Shown: positions 16,430 to 26,867 of the stretch, piece after piece | Layout: each line of letters opens with the position of its first letter | Position numbering within the stretch: the stretch's first letter is position 1 | IMG/VR virus record: IMGVR_UViG_3300033463_000060 | Source of the DNA: an uncultured virus (IMG/VR IMGVR_UViG_3300033463_000060) | Taxonomy: Duplodnaviria > Heunggongvirae > Uroviricota > Caudoviricetes | Strand: one strand, 5' to 3' | Length of the DNA: 29,404 nt | Notes under the pieces: generated by a model | The model's database searches: none | Seen by the model: only the letters and a program-made list of their open reading frames with translations | Told to the model about the DNA's origin: nothing | Program-made: the position numbers and the translations under genes

Positions 16430-19400
16430 ATGGCAAAGAAAGAAGTCATCATCACCTGTAATGCCACCAACGTCAAGGCCGTCATCGAGGGTCTGGAGCG
16501 CGGTATGGCAGCACTCGCCAAGGAGGAGGAACACCTGCTGAACACCATCAAGGCTCGTGGCTATGCAGAGAACGACGAGAAGAAGCGCCTAAAGGAACTG
16601 GAGAAGGCGATGGACGCCATGCGTACCAACGTGCAGAAGAACCGCGAGGAGCAGAAGAAGCTGGCCGAGGTTATGAAAGACCTGGCTGGCGCGAAACTGA
16701 AAGACCTCAAAAAGGCTCTGCAGGAAGGCAAGGCTGCGCTGAATAATATGTCAGCACGTGACCCGAAACGTGCTCAGTTGGTAAAAGACCTAAAGAAGAT
16801 ACAGAATCAGATAGAGGCTAATACGGGTGCTATTAAGAAGCAACAATCGGCGTGGGGGTCACTTGGTACTACATTGAAGAACCTTGTGGCTTATGCCGGT
16901 GTGTTTGCTGGTTTTAACAAGTTGAAGAGTCTGACAGTAGATGTTTTTAAAAGTAACTTGAAACTGTCTGATTCCCTTGCCAATATCCGTAAGGTATCAG
17001 GTTTGAGCACAGAATCTATCAATGAACTGTATCGTAACATTGCCAAGATTGACACCCGCAACACCATCGAGACACTGAACCAGTTGGCTTATACAGGTTC
17101 TAAGCTCGGTATTGGTCAGAACTACGGTGTGCAAGGACTGACCGGCTTCGTCAAGGCTGCCGAGCAGGTACAGATGGCTCTCGGCGAGGACATGGGTGAA
17201 AAGGCATTACCAGAATTGGCTAAGATGACTGAGGTGATGGGGCTCATCAAGAAGTATGGCGTGGAGCAGTCTATGCAGAAAGCTGCCAGTGCCATCTTCC
17301 AACTCGGTGCCACATCAACCGCTACGGGCACGAACATCGTTGAGTTCTCTAAGCGTTTGTATGGTCTGGCTAATGTCAGCCGCGTCAGCACGCAGGATTT
17401 GTTGGCACTTGGTTCCGCATCCGATGCCATGGGATTGATGCCAGAGGTCAGCGCCACAGCCTTCAACAAGTTGTTTACTTCTATTCAGCGCCAGCACAAC
17501 CTCATAGAGAAGTCGCTTGGATTGACCAAAGGCACAATTAAGAGCCTTTATGACGAAGGCAAAACGATGGATGCCATTGTGATGATATTCGAGAAGATGA
17601 ATCAGAAGGGCAACCTGAACCTGCTGGGCAGCATCTTCAAGGACTTAGGCTCGGACGGTGCCCGACTGGTGAACGTGATGGCCACGATGGCCGACCGTGC
17701 CGACATACTGCGCAAGCACTTGCAGACCAGCCGCGATGCCTTCAAGGAGGGCGAGGCGGTCATTGGTGAGTACATGATACAGAATCAGACTGCTGCTGCC
17801 ATGGTAGAACGTGCCAGCAACCTCTGGGCTAAGGCGTTCACCAACCCCGAGGGTGTGGATATGGTTAAGGAAATGGCGCAGGAGTGGTATGAGGTCAGCA
17901 AATCAGTGACAGCGAGCAATATGTCAATGTCATCGTTGCGCATCTCTTTGTCTGGAATCGCATTTGTTGTAGAGCTACTTGTAAAGATGTTGCCACTTCT
18001 TGTTCGTAGCATGATGTTCTTTGGTGTAACACAAGTTTTAAAAGGTCTGTATAACGGATATGTTCAACTAAGAACCGTGATAGATGCTACTTACGTGGCG
18101 CAAGGAAGACTGAATACGGTCATGAAGAGCAACTGGGTTTTGGCACTTATTTCTGCTATCGTTGCTGCAACGACAATGCTATATGACTATATTAAGGCAT
18201 CCGATGAAGCTGCAAAGGCAGAGAAAGAGCGACAGGCAAAGTTCACTGCGTCGTTTGAGCAATCTAAAGAGGCTATAAATAATGTAGTGAAGCCTCTAAA
18301 GACATTCAAGAAGGCTCTGGACGATTCTACCTTGTCTGAGAAGCAGCGCATGGCGATGATCAAGCAGTTCAAGACCGACTATCAGGACTATCTTGACTAC
18401 CTTGGTATCGAAATTCAGTCTGCCGTTGACCTGGCCAAGGCCTACGAACAGGTTGTGAAGGTAATGAAGCAGAAGAAAGCCTATGAGGAGCGCGAGAACT
18501 TCCGCACAGAGAAGAACGGTGAAAACCGCATGGACCGCATTGCCGCTCAGGCTCAGGTGGAAGCCGCCGCCCGTTCAGCAGGTGTTGAAGGTATCGACAA
18601 AGACTTCTTGAAGAGAAATCAGCATCTGTCAACTGGTGACCTTTACAAACTCATTGCCAGTCAGAAGTTCGGTGTAGAACCTGGTTCTCGTATTGGTCAG
18701 GATGTGTTCTTTTACCAGAACAATGTTACGAAAGAATGGACTGACCCGAAGAAATATAAGGCAAACGGCGAGCAGGGTGGCTTCACTTCAAAGAAAGCCT
18801 TCAATAGTGTAGAGTTGTGGAATGCACTGGTTGACTATCAGAATGCTTATCGTGCCGAGCGTCAACTTAATAAGGAAATCGACGATATGTTCAATGCCGA
18901 GTACAAAGACATTGACCTCGAACATTTCAACATCGACGAGTTTAACGACCGCGTACAGCGGGCACAATGGAACCGCAAAGGCTCGCTCGACAATGAGAAG
19001 CCAGATAAAGAAGCATTGAAAGCCCTCACCAAAGCACAGCGCGAGGAAAAGAAAGCTCTGAAACTGGAGATGGATCAGGCCGAGAAGGACTCCACTGCCG
19101 TCATCAATGCCATTGAGGAGTTCTACCGCTTGCAGGAGAGCGCCGTGGAGCAGTTGGTGGCCGACGGCAAGATGACACGCGAGGAAGCCGACAAGCTCAT
19201 CGAATATGTGCGCAACCGCAAGGACGAGATGCTGATGAACGCTCGCCGTGCCATTGCCGGCAAGGATAGCGACTTTGAGGAACTGCGCAAGACGATGGGC
19301 AAGGATATGCTGAACCCCAGCGACCAGAACGCTCAGCGTGCTATGAACACGGTGCAGACCATCGACGTGGCGGAAGCCGCCCGTCGCCTGCAGAAGTTTG

Positions 19401-21361
19401 ACGGCTCGAAGGCGGTTTATGACCTCAATGCGGGTTCTTTCACACAGGCCATGCTGAAGAATGCCGCCCAGAACGAGCTGAACATCCAGCGCCGACAGGC
19501 TAAGGTGCAGGAGGAGATTGATAAGATTCTCTTGCAGTACGAGTTTGTGGAGCAGGCACAGAAGACGTTTGGCGACAAGCTGGTGAAGCTGGGTCTTGTG
19601 ACCGATGGCTACGACAAGGTGGTGCAGCAGTTGGCCGACGGCACGGAGATTGTGGCGAACACGAAGGATGTGCAGGCACTGGCTACGAAGGTCGTTGGTA
19701 TGGACTCGCGACGGATGTACGGCGTAGATACCGACGATGCACTGGAGCTGCGCAATATGATTGATGCGCTGATGCACACCGTTGACGAGGACGGCAAGAA
19801 GGTGCGCGAGTCGTTCGCCTCGATGTTCCCCAACCTCGATGAGTGGATGAAGAATCCCGAGCAGTATAAGGAGCAGATGCAGGCGTTCTACAAGACGCTC
19901 ATCGACATGGACTCCGACTACTACAAGGCGCTGAAGCAGAACTACGAGCAGGAGAAGCGCGAGTTCACCGAGCGCTGGCAGTCAATGGGCTGGACGGCTC
20001 AGCAGGAGTCGGAGAATACTGCCTTTGAGACGCAAGACAGTCTGCGCAAAGTTACTGGTCAGGGCGAGAACTTCGGTCAGACGTATGGTTTCACTGACGA
20101 GATAGCCGATGACCCGGAGATAGCCCGCATCAAGAACCGCATGGAGTGGCGTGCCAAGGAACTGGAAGACCTACAAGCCCGCAACGCCAGCGAGGAACTG
20201 ATTATGGCGAAGCAGAATGAGATGCTGAAAGAGGCTGCATCGCTGGCCGAGAAAGTCAGTCAGGAGGTGGCCAACCGCATCTCTAAGGTGCAGACGCTCT
20301 CGGAACCACTCAACTCGTTCGGCGAAGAGATTGGCCAGATGCTCGGCGAGCAGTGGCAGGGCATCAGCCGCGAGGGCAAGCTGTCGTTCGGTCAGATGGC
20401 AAAGAACATGGGCATCGAGTACGCCAAGCTCACCTTAAAGATGGCAAGCGAGAACCTGATGAAGCAGGTGCAGCAAGCACTCTTCTATAAACAAATGGAA
20501 GCACAGGCAATGGCTCACGAGACTACGCTGACCGCCATTCAGACGACGGGCGACACGGCCCGCATCGGTGCCAAGGTGGCCACGGGTACGACGCTGGCTG
20601 GCATTCAGGCCGCACAGAACGCCACGGAGATAGCCGCCGAGGGTGGTAAGGCTACCGTGATGACCGCCTTTGGTATCAGCAGCGGTGCCGCAAAGACCAT
20701 CGCTCAGTTAGGTTGGTGGGGTATTCCGCTCATAGGTGTCATTACCGCCATCCTCATGGGTTTGTTGAACAGTGCCAAGAGTACCGCCTCGCAGGAATCA
20801 TCGTCCGCAGCGTCTTCGTCAACCGCCGCCACCAAGACCAAGCTCGTGTCGGGTATGCTGACCTACGACAAGGGTAACGTGCAGCGGTTCATCGGGCAGG
20901 ACGGCAAGGTATATACCGCCACCGAGGAGCCCGCACCGAAGGATGGACTCGTGACGCACCCCATCGCCACCACCGTGCAGGGACAGCCCGCACTGGTAGC
21001 CGAGAAAGGCCCCGAAATCGTGATAGGCCGCGAGACCACCCGCGCCATTATGATGAATGAGCCGGAACTCATCCGCTACCTGGCCAACTACCAGCAGCAG
21101 GGCGGCAGGCGGCTGTATGATGGCGGCATCATGCCTGCGTCGGAAACGCAGGCCACAGTGGCCGACGGTTCCGCCGTCGGTGCTGAGCGCCAAGCCCTTA
21201 TCAACCGCCTTGACCGCAGCGACGCGCTGATGGAGCAGGTGCTCTACTTCCTCCAGAACCCCGTAGCCCCCGAAATCGCCATGTACGACACGGGCGGCAA
21301 GAAGGGTCTGCACACCAAGATGCAGGAGGCCAACAAGTTTATGGCAAGGTATGGCGGATAG
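16430..21361 (+). CDS. Phage tail tape measure protein
   Basis: 1643 aa, coiled-coil; LSDSLANIRKVSGLS/IDTR core typical of TP901-like tape measures; hydrophobic segments; C-terminal LVAEKGPEIVI. Confidence 0.9.
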   Translation: MAKKEVIITCNATNVKAVIEGLERGMAALAKEEEHLLNTIKARGYAENDEKKRLKELEKAMDAMRTNVQKNREEQKKLAEVMKDLAGAKLKDLKKALQEGKAALNNMSARDPKRAQLVKDLKKIQNQIEANTGAIKKQQSAWGSLGTTLKNLVAYAGVFAGFNKLKSLTVDVFKSNLKLSDSLANIRKVSGLSTESINELYRNIAKIDTRNTIETLNQLAYTGSKLGIGQNYGVQGLTGFVKAAEQVQMALGEDMGEKALPELAKMTEVMGLIKKYGVEQSMQKAASAIFQLGATSTATGTNIVEFSKRLYGLANVSRVSTQDLLALGSASDAMGLMPEVSATAFNKLFTSIQRQHNLIEKSLGLTKGTIKSLYDEGKTMDAIVMIFEKMNQKGNLNLLGSIFKDLGSDGARLVNVMATMADRADILRKHLQTSRDAFKEGEAVIGEYMIQNQTAAAMVERASNLWAKAFTNPEGVDMVKEMAQEWYEVSKSVTASNMSMSSLRISLSGIAFVVELLVKMLPLLVRSMMFFGVTQVLKGLYNGYVQLRTVIDATYVAQGRLNTVMKSNWVLALISAIVAATTMLYDYIKASDEAAKAEKERQAKFTASFEQSKEAINNVVKPLKTFKKALDDSTLSEKQRMAMIKQFKTDYQDYLDYLGIEIQSAVDLAKAYEQVVKVMKQKKAYEERENFRTEKNGENRMDRIAAQAQVEAAARSAGVEGIDKDFLKRNQHLSTGDLYKLIASQKFGVEPGSRIGQDVFFYQNNVTKEWTDPKKYKANGEQGGFTSKKAFNSVELWNALVDYQNAYRAERQLNKEIDDMFNAEYKDIDLEHFNIDEFNDRVQRAQWNRKGSLDNEKPDKEALKALTKAQREEKKALKLEMDQAEKDSTAVINAIEEFYRLQESAVEQLVADGKMTREEADKLIEYVRNRKDEMLMNARRAIAGKDSDFEELRKTMGKDMLNPSDQNAQRAMNTVQTIDVAEAARRLQKFDGSKAVYDLNAGSFTQAMLKNAAQNELNIQRRQAKVQEEIDKILLQYEFVEQAQKTFGDKLVKLGLVTDGYDKVVQQLADGTEIVANTKDVQALATKVVGMDSRRMYGVDTDDALELRNMIDALMHTVDEDGKKVRESFASMFPNLDEWMKNPEQYKEQMQAFYKTLIDMDSDYYKALKQNYEQEKREFTERWQSMGWTAQQESENTAFETQDSLRKVTGQGENFGQTYGFTDEIADDPEIARIKNRMEWRAKELEDLQARNASEELIMAKQNEMLKEAASLAEKVSQEVANRISKVQTLSEPLNSFGEEIGQMLGEQWQGISREGKLSFGQMAKNMGIEYAKLTLKMASENLMKQVQQALFYKQMEAQAMAHETTLTAIQTTGDTARIGAKVATGTTLAGIQAAQNATEIAAEGGKATVMTAFGISSGAAKTIAQLGWWGIPLIGVITAILMGLLNSAKSTASQESSSAASSSTAATKTKLVSGMLTYDKGNVQRFIGQDGKVYTATEEPAPKDGLVTHPIATTVQGQPALVAEKGPEIVIGRETTRAIMMNEPELIRYLANYQQQGGRRLYDGGIMPASETQATVADGSAVGAERQALINRLDRSDALMEQVLYFLQNPVAPEIAMYDTGGKKGLHTKMQEANKFMARYGG

Positions 21362-21367
21362 CAAAAT

Positions 21368-21431
21368 GGGGACGGTTGCGGGGACGGTTCTCTGCGTGAG
21401 CAGCGTAGCGAATTACACGAGAACCGTCCCC
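21368..21431. repeat. REP-like inverted repeat (GGGGACGGTTCTC...GAGAACCGTCCCC)
   Basis: 13-bp perfect arms at 21380-21392 and 21419-21431, plus a partial extra arm at 21368. Confidence 0.85.
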
Positions 21432-21445
21432 CTATATGCCCAACG

Positions 21446-21480
21446 ATGTCCGCCTTGTATTTCTGTTTAGACTATCTTTG
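21446..21480 (+). promoter_or_regulatory. Phage-type promoter ATGTCCG-N20-TATCTTTG
   Basis: Upstream of ATG 21507. Confidence 0.75.
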
Positions 21481-21506
21481 CCTATGTAAACATCTACGGA
21501 ATAAGC

Positions 21507-24500
21507 ATGGACTATATAGCACAACCGAAAGACTACTGGATAGCTCAACAGGCTCTCTCCTTCACCTTGAATGCGCTGGGCGATGCTAATCGCATACAGG
21601 GCTCGGTGGCGAGTGGGACTGCTATTCTTTGCTACATAGAGGGTGTAGAAGGATTGGGCTACGACAACGGTCACAGATTCAGAACGTGGCCGCTGTCTGT
21701 AAGCCCCACTTTCTTCAACTCAAACACCGAGAAGTATGTCTATGTGGCAATTCCACGCAGCGCTACTGTTGGAACGCAGGCGGTTGTTGTATTCCCAAGT
21801 GAGCAGCTCGACATCTACGGAAAGAATGCCAGCGACGAGCAGGTGGGTTCTACCGACTATTACTATATATGGTTGCAGGGCATAATCACCGCTACCGATG
21901 GCACTACGTTGCGAGAGTGGGGACAAGTTATTGACTTTGGCGAGAAAGGTACAGATGAGGACTTGTATGACATGACATCGACGGACTGGTATGTCTATTC
22001 TAAGGTCAATGAGATTGTGACTTTCCTGAAGCCTATCTTCATGAAGGCAGGATCTTACTTCCAGAACTTGATTCTTGGTAACAAGGAACTGACGGATGTG
22101 GCAACTGCTATCAATCAGTGGACCGATAGTGACACTATGGTGGCAACGCCTGGATATGTGGAACGGCATTATCTCTCCAAAACCCACGAGGACGTGGCGG
22201 CAGAGGTGATTGGTTTCGCGAAGGGTCTGTGGGTAAAGGCGAAGGAACTCTTTGGCATCGATGGCGAGGGTAATGCAAAGTTGAACAATATCAGAGGCAA
22301 CAATGTGACGCTATCGGGCATGATCAGTGCGGTGCGTGGCATCATGTCTGCTCTTCAGAGTCCTAACTTCCAGCAGGACGACATGAATGGCTCGGGGTGG
22401 CGTATTACTGACACTGACGAGAACGGACACTCGAAGATGGAGGTTGACAACTTGCTTGTCCGCATGAGGTTTATCGCCAATATCCTGGAGGCTCGTAAGT
22501 ATGTATCGCTGGGCGGCAATTATGTCTATTCGCCTGCATCGAGCGTTATTGAGCAGGTGGACTATTACGATGCTAACGGCGACCTCCTGGGCTATGATAC
22601 TATTAAGGTGCCCTGGCTTGTTCGTACCATACCCATGTTAAGTCGTAAGTTCTACTCGAAGTATCGCACCATCAAGCGTGTGGGCAGCGTGGATATGAAC
22701 GATGTGGTGAAGTTCCGCTGTTGGATTAAGGCTGACGATGGTACTACCAAGACCATCAACACATGGCAGGTGGGTATGCTCGCACGTTGTCAGACGATGG
22801 ACGTGAGCGAAACGGAGGGTGGGACGCACACCGATGCTAACACGGGTGCTACTGGCAACCGCCTGTACTGGCGTGAGTGTGTGGCAAAGGGTCAGGGGTT
22901 ATTGCCTATCACCGATGGTCTGATACACTCCTATGTTGACCTCTCTAACGCCAGCGGTCATTTCCTCGCTGGCAGCGATGCGCCCCTGCCAGGCGACAGC
23001 ATTGTGTGTTATGGTGCTACAGTGGCGGCTTACTCCCATATCATAGAGATTGAGACCGTGGGTAGCGATGCTCCTGCCATCAAGGAGTATCGCGGTGTAG
23101 GACTGCCCGCGTCAGGCAGTTCGCTGCCTACGTTCTCTACCGAGGGCAAGCGCAAAACCATGATTTCGCCCGCCAGCGGCAATGAGTTCCATGCTCCTCG
23201 CTTTGTTATCGAGACCACCAGTGGTGACGAAGAACTGTATAATGGTCACTACCAAGGTCACGCAGTCGGCTTCTACGACCCTGCCACGCCTGCCAATGGC
23301 GACATCAAGTTGAAGACCTTTACAGCATGGTCGTCGAGCGAAGTCACGCACTATGTCTATAACAATGGCTCGTGGGTTTCCGCCACCGATGCGCTGGGCT
23401 CTTACTACATCAGCGATGCCGACAATCACCGCTACCTCTGTACCTCTATGGGATGGAAGGACATTGGTCTTGGCGAGGCCACGAAGGCCTTCAAGCTGGA
23501 GGTGGTAGGCGATGTGGAGACTGCCTATGCTGCCAGCACTGGCATGAACTACACGCAGACGGGTCTGTTCATCCGTTCCTCGGAGCAGAGCATGTCGCGC
23601 ATTCAGCGCATCTTTGGCAAGAATATGATTCTTCACAGCGACACTGGCGAGGGCTGGAGTGGTGTGGTGAACGACCACGTTGTTGATTGCGATGGTGCCG
23701 ATGCTACGCCCCCCTCTATGCACCTGCTGCACGGCATGAAGTATGTATTCTCTGCCAAGCAAGCCGACAACTGCACCGTGCGCATCACGTTTACCGATGG
23801 TTCGACCACAACATGGATTAGCTTCCTTGTGAGTGCCATGTCATACGATTCCACGCTTGGTCGCTACTACTACGTCATAGACTTCATGCTCGACCATTTC
23901 CCCAACGGAGCAGACGCAACCATCACGCTCAACTACTTCGCTGTTGATGGCATTTTCTTCGAGCGTGTTCAGATGGAGGCTGGACAGGAGCCTACGGAGT
24001 ACAGTGTCACCACCGTTGACGAGGACATCTCCTCGTATGTGGAGCAGACGGCAGACCAAGTGCGCATTGGTATCACCAACGGGCTTACCAATACGGGCAT
24101 CAACATCCAGACAGGCGAGGTAGAGATACAAGCTAACAACTTCTCTGTCATTGACTCGCAGGGCAATCCCATGCTGGGTATGAACAACACCACCGACGAG
24201 TTTGCCATTGCCGGTAAGATTCACGCCACCGATGGTCTGTATCGCCGCATGGCTTTCGCCTATTTGGGCGGTAAGTGTCGCAATGCTGATGTCGATCCCT
24301 TCACCGGAGGTCTGAGCAATAATATCTATATCAAGGCTACCTTTACCAATGACTACGACTGGAGTTATGAGTTTATCGACGAGACTACCGCACTTCCTGA
24401 CCACGAATATAGCGATTGGACGGGCGGTGGCCATAGCCCGGGCGATATTGTTACACTGAACACCACGGGCTGGGCTGACTATGTACTTATCAAGTCATAC

Positions 24501-24836
24501 AGCTCTACTGGCTACGAACTCTCTGGCGACCATGGTCTTATCATCCCGCAGGCAAGTCATCCTAAGATGCGTGGCCGTCAGATTGAGATATACAGCAACG
24601 AGCCTATATCCTCCAATCGCCGCTACAAGTTGGAGATTGTGGGCAACAACGGTGCGTCACTTCAGTTTGCCAAGACCTACACCATTCAGTCTAACGGTAC
24701 TATACAGCCCGACGGCACGCCTGCAAGCCTGTGGTTCCCGCTGGCTACGGGGCTGAAGATGGTTTCCGTCTATACTGGCGTCAACGATAACTGGTTCTGG
24801 CTCTGCCTCACGCCTATCTATACCGCACAAGCATAA
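21507..24836 (+). CDS. Tail tip/central fibre (host-specificity) protein
   Basis: 1109 aa after the tape measure; MEVDNLLVRMRF..LE, WQVGMLARCQT, VQMEAGQEPTEYS and TGINIQTGEVEIQANNF segments of Bacteroidetes phage tail proteins. Confidence 0.75.
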   Translation: MDYIAQPKDYWIAQQALSFTLNALGDANRIQGSVASGTAILCYIEGVEGLGYDNGHRFRTWPLSVSPTFFNSNTEKYVYVAIPRSATVGTQAVVVFPSEQLDIYGKNASDEQVGSTDYYYIWLQGIITATDGTTLREWGQVIDFGEKGTDEDLYDMTSTDWYVYSKVNEIVTFLKPIFMKAGSYFQNLILGNKELTDVATAINQWTDSDTMVATPGYVERHYLSKTHEDVAAEVIGFAKGLWVKAKELFGIDGEGNAKLNNIRGNNVTLSGMISAVRGIMSALQSPNFQQDDMNGSGWRITDTDENGHSKMEVDNLLVRMRFIANILEARKYVSLGGNYVYSPASSVIEQVDYYDANGDLLGYDTIKVPWLVRTIPMLSRKFYSKYRTIKRVGSVDMNDVVKFRCWIKADDGTTKTINTWQVGMLARCQTMDVSETEGGTHTDANTGATGNRLYWRECVAKGQGLLPITDGLIHSYVDLSNASGHFLAGSDAPLPGDSIVCYGATVAAYSHIIEIETVGSDAPAIKEYRGVGLPASGSSLPTFSTEGKRKTMISPASGNEFHAPRFVIETTSGDEELYNGHYQGHAVGFYDPATPANGDIKLKTFTAWSSSEVTHYVYNNGSWVSATDALGSYYISDADNHRYLCTSMGWKDIGLGEATKAFKLEVVGDVETAYAASTGMNYTQTGLFIRSSEQSMSRIQRIFGKNMILHSDTGEGWSGVVNDHVVDCDGADATPPSMHLLHGMKYVFSAKQADNCTVRITFTDGSTTTWISFLVSAMSYDSTLGRYYYVIDFMLDHFPNGADATITLNYFAVDGIFFERVQMEAGQEPTEYSVTTVDEDISSYVEQTADQVRIGITNGLTNTGINIQTGEVEIQANNFSVIDSQGNPMLGMNNTTDEFAIAGKIHATDGLYRRMAFAYLGGKCRNADVDPFTGGLSNNIYIKATFTNDYDWSYEFIDETTALPDHEYSDWTGGGHSPGDIVTLNTTGWADYVLIKSYSSTGYELSGDHGLIIPQASHPKMRGRQIEIYSNEPISSNRRYKLEIVGNNGASLQFAKTYTIQSNGTIQPDGTPASLWFPLATGLKMVSVYTGVNDNWFWLCLTPIYTAQA

Positions 24837-24856
24837 CTTTAAAACACCATACGATT

Positions 24857-25177
24857 ATGACAGAACAAGAGAGACAAGAAATAGTTGATATCGTCATCGA
24901 AGTATTGACGACCATGGGTGCATCGGTGGAGAACCAGGAGGAAGTGCCTACCGTCACTACCATTACCGATGCCGACACTACCATGCCGTTCATCAATCGC
25001 TCGGGCGGTGCTGCCGTGGGCTATGTGCAGATCAGCGTGGCTAACCTCGCTACCGTGGTAGCCTCGAATATTGACCCTGCAGAGGCATTCCCAACGAAAA
25101 TGGATGCGTTGACAGAAGAAGAGTTTAATGCCATTTTCTATCCCAGTGACGACAGTTCCGATGATAGCAGCGAATAA
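24857..25177 (+). CDS. Small acidic tail-associated protein
   Basis: 106 aa; C-terminal LTEEEFNAIF motif. Confidence 0.7.
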   Translation: MTEQERQEIVDIVIEVLTTMGASVENQEEVPTVTTITDADTTMPFINRSGGAAVGYVQISVANLATVVASNIDPAEAFPTKMDALTEEEFNAIFYPSDDSSDDSSE

Positions 25178-25196
25178 TTAAAACAACACAAAAAAT

Positions 25197-25757
25197 ATGG
25201 CAACAACAAAGAAATTGATTCCTTGGGTGGCAGGCAACACACTTCCGTTGTCCGTGCCACTACAGACAAAGACAGCAGTCAACGGTGAGTGGGTGACGGA
25301 AGACTACTTTCCTCCACAAGGCAGCGAGATCCATGTAGCTCTCATCAACTGGATGGGACAACGTAAGGAGTACGAATATACGCTCGACGGCAACGTGGTC
25401 AGTTTCACCGACCCAGGCACGCTGCGAGTAGGTGTCTATGGTGTAGAGGTCACGGTGCAGGAGCCGTCAGCGGTGCGCCGACGCACGTTCAAGTGCTCCG
25501 ACATACAGATCGTGGCTTGCACCAACGAGGTGGGCATCCTGCCAGATGGGAGCGTCATCCTCGATGCTGCTATCTTCGTGCAAGGTCCTGCTGGTCCTGC
25601 TGGTCAGGATGGTAAGGACGGCAAGGACGGAAAGGATGGTAAGGACGGAAAGGACGGCTCGGATGCCGATGTAACCGCCGAGAACATCGAACGGGCACTC
25701 GACGGTACGCCGCTGCTTTCTATCACCGAGGCACAATTCAACGAAATCTTTAACTAA
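25197..25757 (+). CDS. Baseplate/fibre adaptor protein with collagen-like (GKD)n repeat
   Basis: GTLRVGVYGVEV Ig-like segment; GPAGPAGQDGKDGKDGKDGKDGKDG; C-terminal ITEAQFNEIF. Confidence 0.75.
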   Translation: MATTKKLIPWVAGNTLPLSVPLQTKTAVNGEWVTEDYFPPQGSEIHVALINWMGQRKEYEYTLDGNVVSFTDPGTLRVGVYGVEVTVQEPSAVRRRTFKCSDIQIVACTNEVGILPDGSVILDAAIFVQGPAGPAGQDGKDGKDGKDGKDGKDGSDADVTAENIERALDGTPLLSITEAQFNEIFN

Positions 25758-25773
25758 TTAAATACTTACGATT

Positions 25774-26811
25774 ATGCCACTAATGACAACAATTCAAATG
25801 TTTACTGGAGTTAAGAACTGGGTCTTGGAAAAACTCTCCCTGATTCAGTCTCTTATTCCCGCCCAGGCTTCCAGCAGCAATCAGCTGGCAGACAAAGCCT
25901 TTGTGAACTCATCTGTCGCTACGGCAACGGCAACGTTTCGTGGCACGTACAACGTAGTGAGCGATTTGTTGCTTGCTTACAATGCCACACACGCACAGAT
26001 TGAGGCGGCGCTGGCTACGAAGATGGCGGCACTCAGTATCATCCCCGACACCAACGACTACGCCTTCGTGCAGATTCCTGCTGCCGACGCCACGCCGACG
26101 GTCATCGCCCGTGTGGACCGCTACAAGTTCAACGGCTCGGCGTGGGCCTATGAGTACAGCCTGAACAACTCAGGCTTCACGGCGGCGCAGTGGGCGGCTA
26201 TCAACAGCGGCATCACGGCTGAGACGTGGGCAGACACGCCCGAGGCGGTGGTGGATAGCGAGAGCCAGCAGGAGTTCATCGACGTGTATCAGTCGGCGCT
26301 GCAGCAGCTCTATCAGGGCATCACCGACGCTCAGAACGCGAAGGCCGACTATGTGGGCGACGACAACTATGTGTATCGCTGGAACGCCACGGCGGGCCAG
26401 TATCAGCGCACCAACCTCTACGTGAAGGGCGACCCTGGCGTGACGGACTATACGCAGCTGCAGAACAAGCCCACCAAGCTCTCCGACTTCACGGATGATT
26501 TGGGTACAAGCCCTGCGCACTCTCACAGCCAGTATGCCGTTGACGCTGACCTGAAAGCCGTGGCAAAGTCTGGCTCTTATAACGACCTGACCAATAAGCC
26601 CGACCTAAAGACCGTGGCCACCTCTGGCTCGTACAACGACCTTACGAACAAACCCACCATCCCAGACGAGTTGAAAGACTTGACCGAGGATGCTTCTCAT
26701 CGCACAGTTACAGACACCGAGAAATCGACATGGAACGGCAAGGCTGATGTCTCTGACCTCTCGAACGTAGAAACCGTCGTTGTCGGCAGCGGCGGCACAT
26801 GGCCGTTCTAA
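25774..26811 (+). CDS. Tail fibre protein with SGSYNDLTNKP repeats
   Basis: Two 54-bp repeats (about 26548-26655) encoding VAxSGSYNDLTNKP; HRTVTDTEKSTWNGK. Confidence 0.75.
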   Translation: MPLMTTIQMFTGVKNWVLEKLSLIQSLIPAQASSSNQLADKAFVNSSVATATATFRGTYNVVSDLLLAYNATHAQIEAALATKMAALSIIPDTNDYAFVQIPAADATPTVIARVDRYKFNGSAWAYEYSLNNSGFTAAQWAAINSGITAETWADTPEAVVDSESQQEFIDVYQSALQQLYQGITDAQNAKADYVGDDNYVYRWNATAGQYQRTNLYVKGDPGVTDYTQLQNKPTKLSDFTDDLGTSPAHSHSQYAVDADLKAVAKSGSYNDLTNKPDLKTVATSGSYNDLTNKPTIPDELKDLTEDASHRTVTDTEKSTWNGKADVSDLSNVETVVVGSGGTWPF

Positions 26812-26867
26812 GTGAATGGAGAATTGGTAATTGAAAATTGATAATTAACATTTAATATTTTACGATT

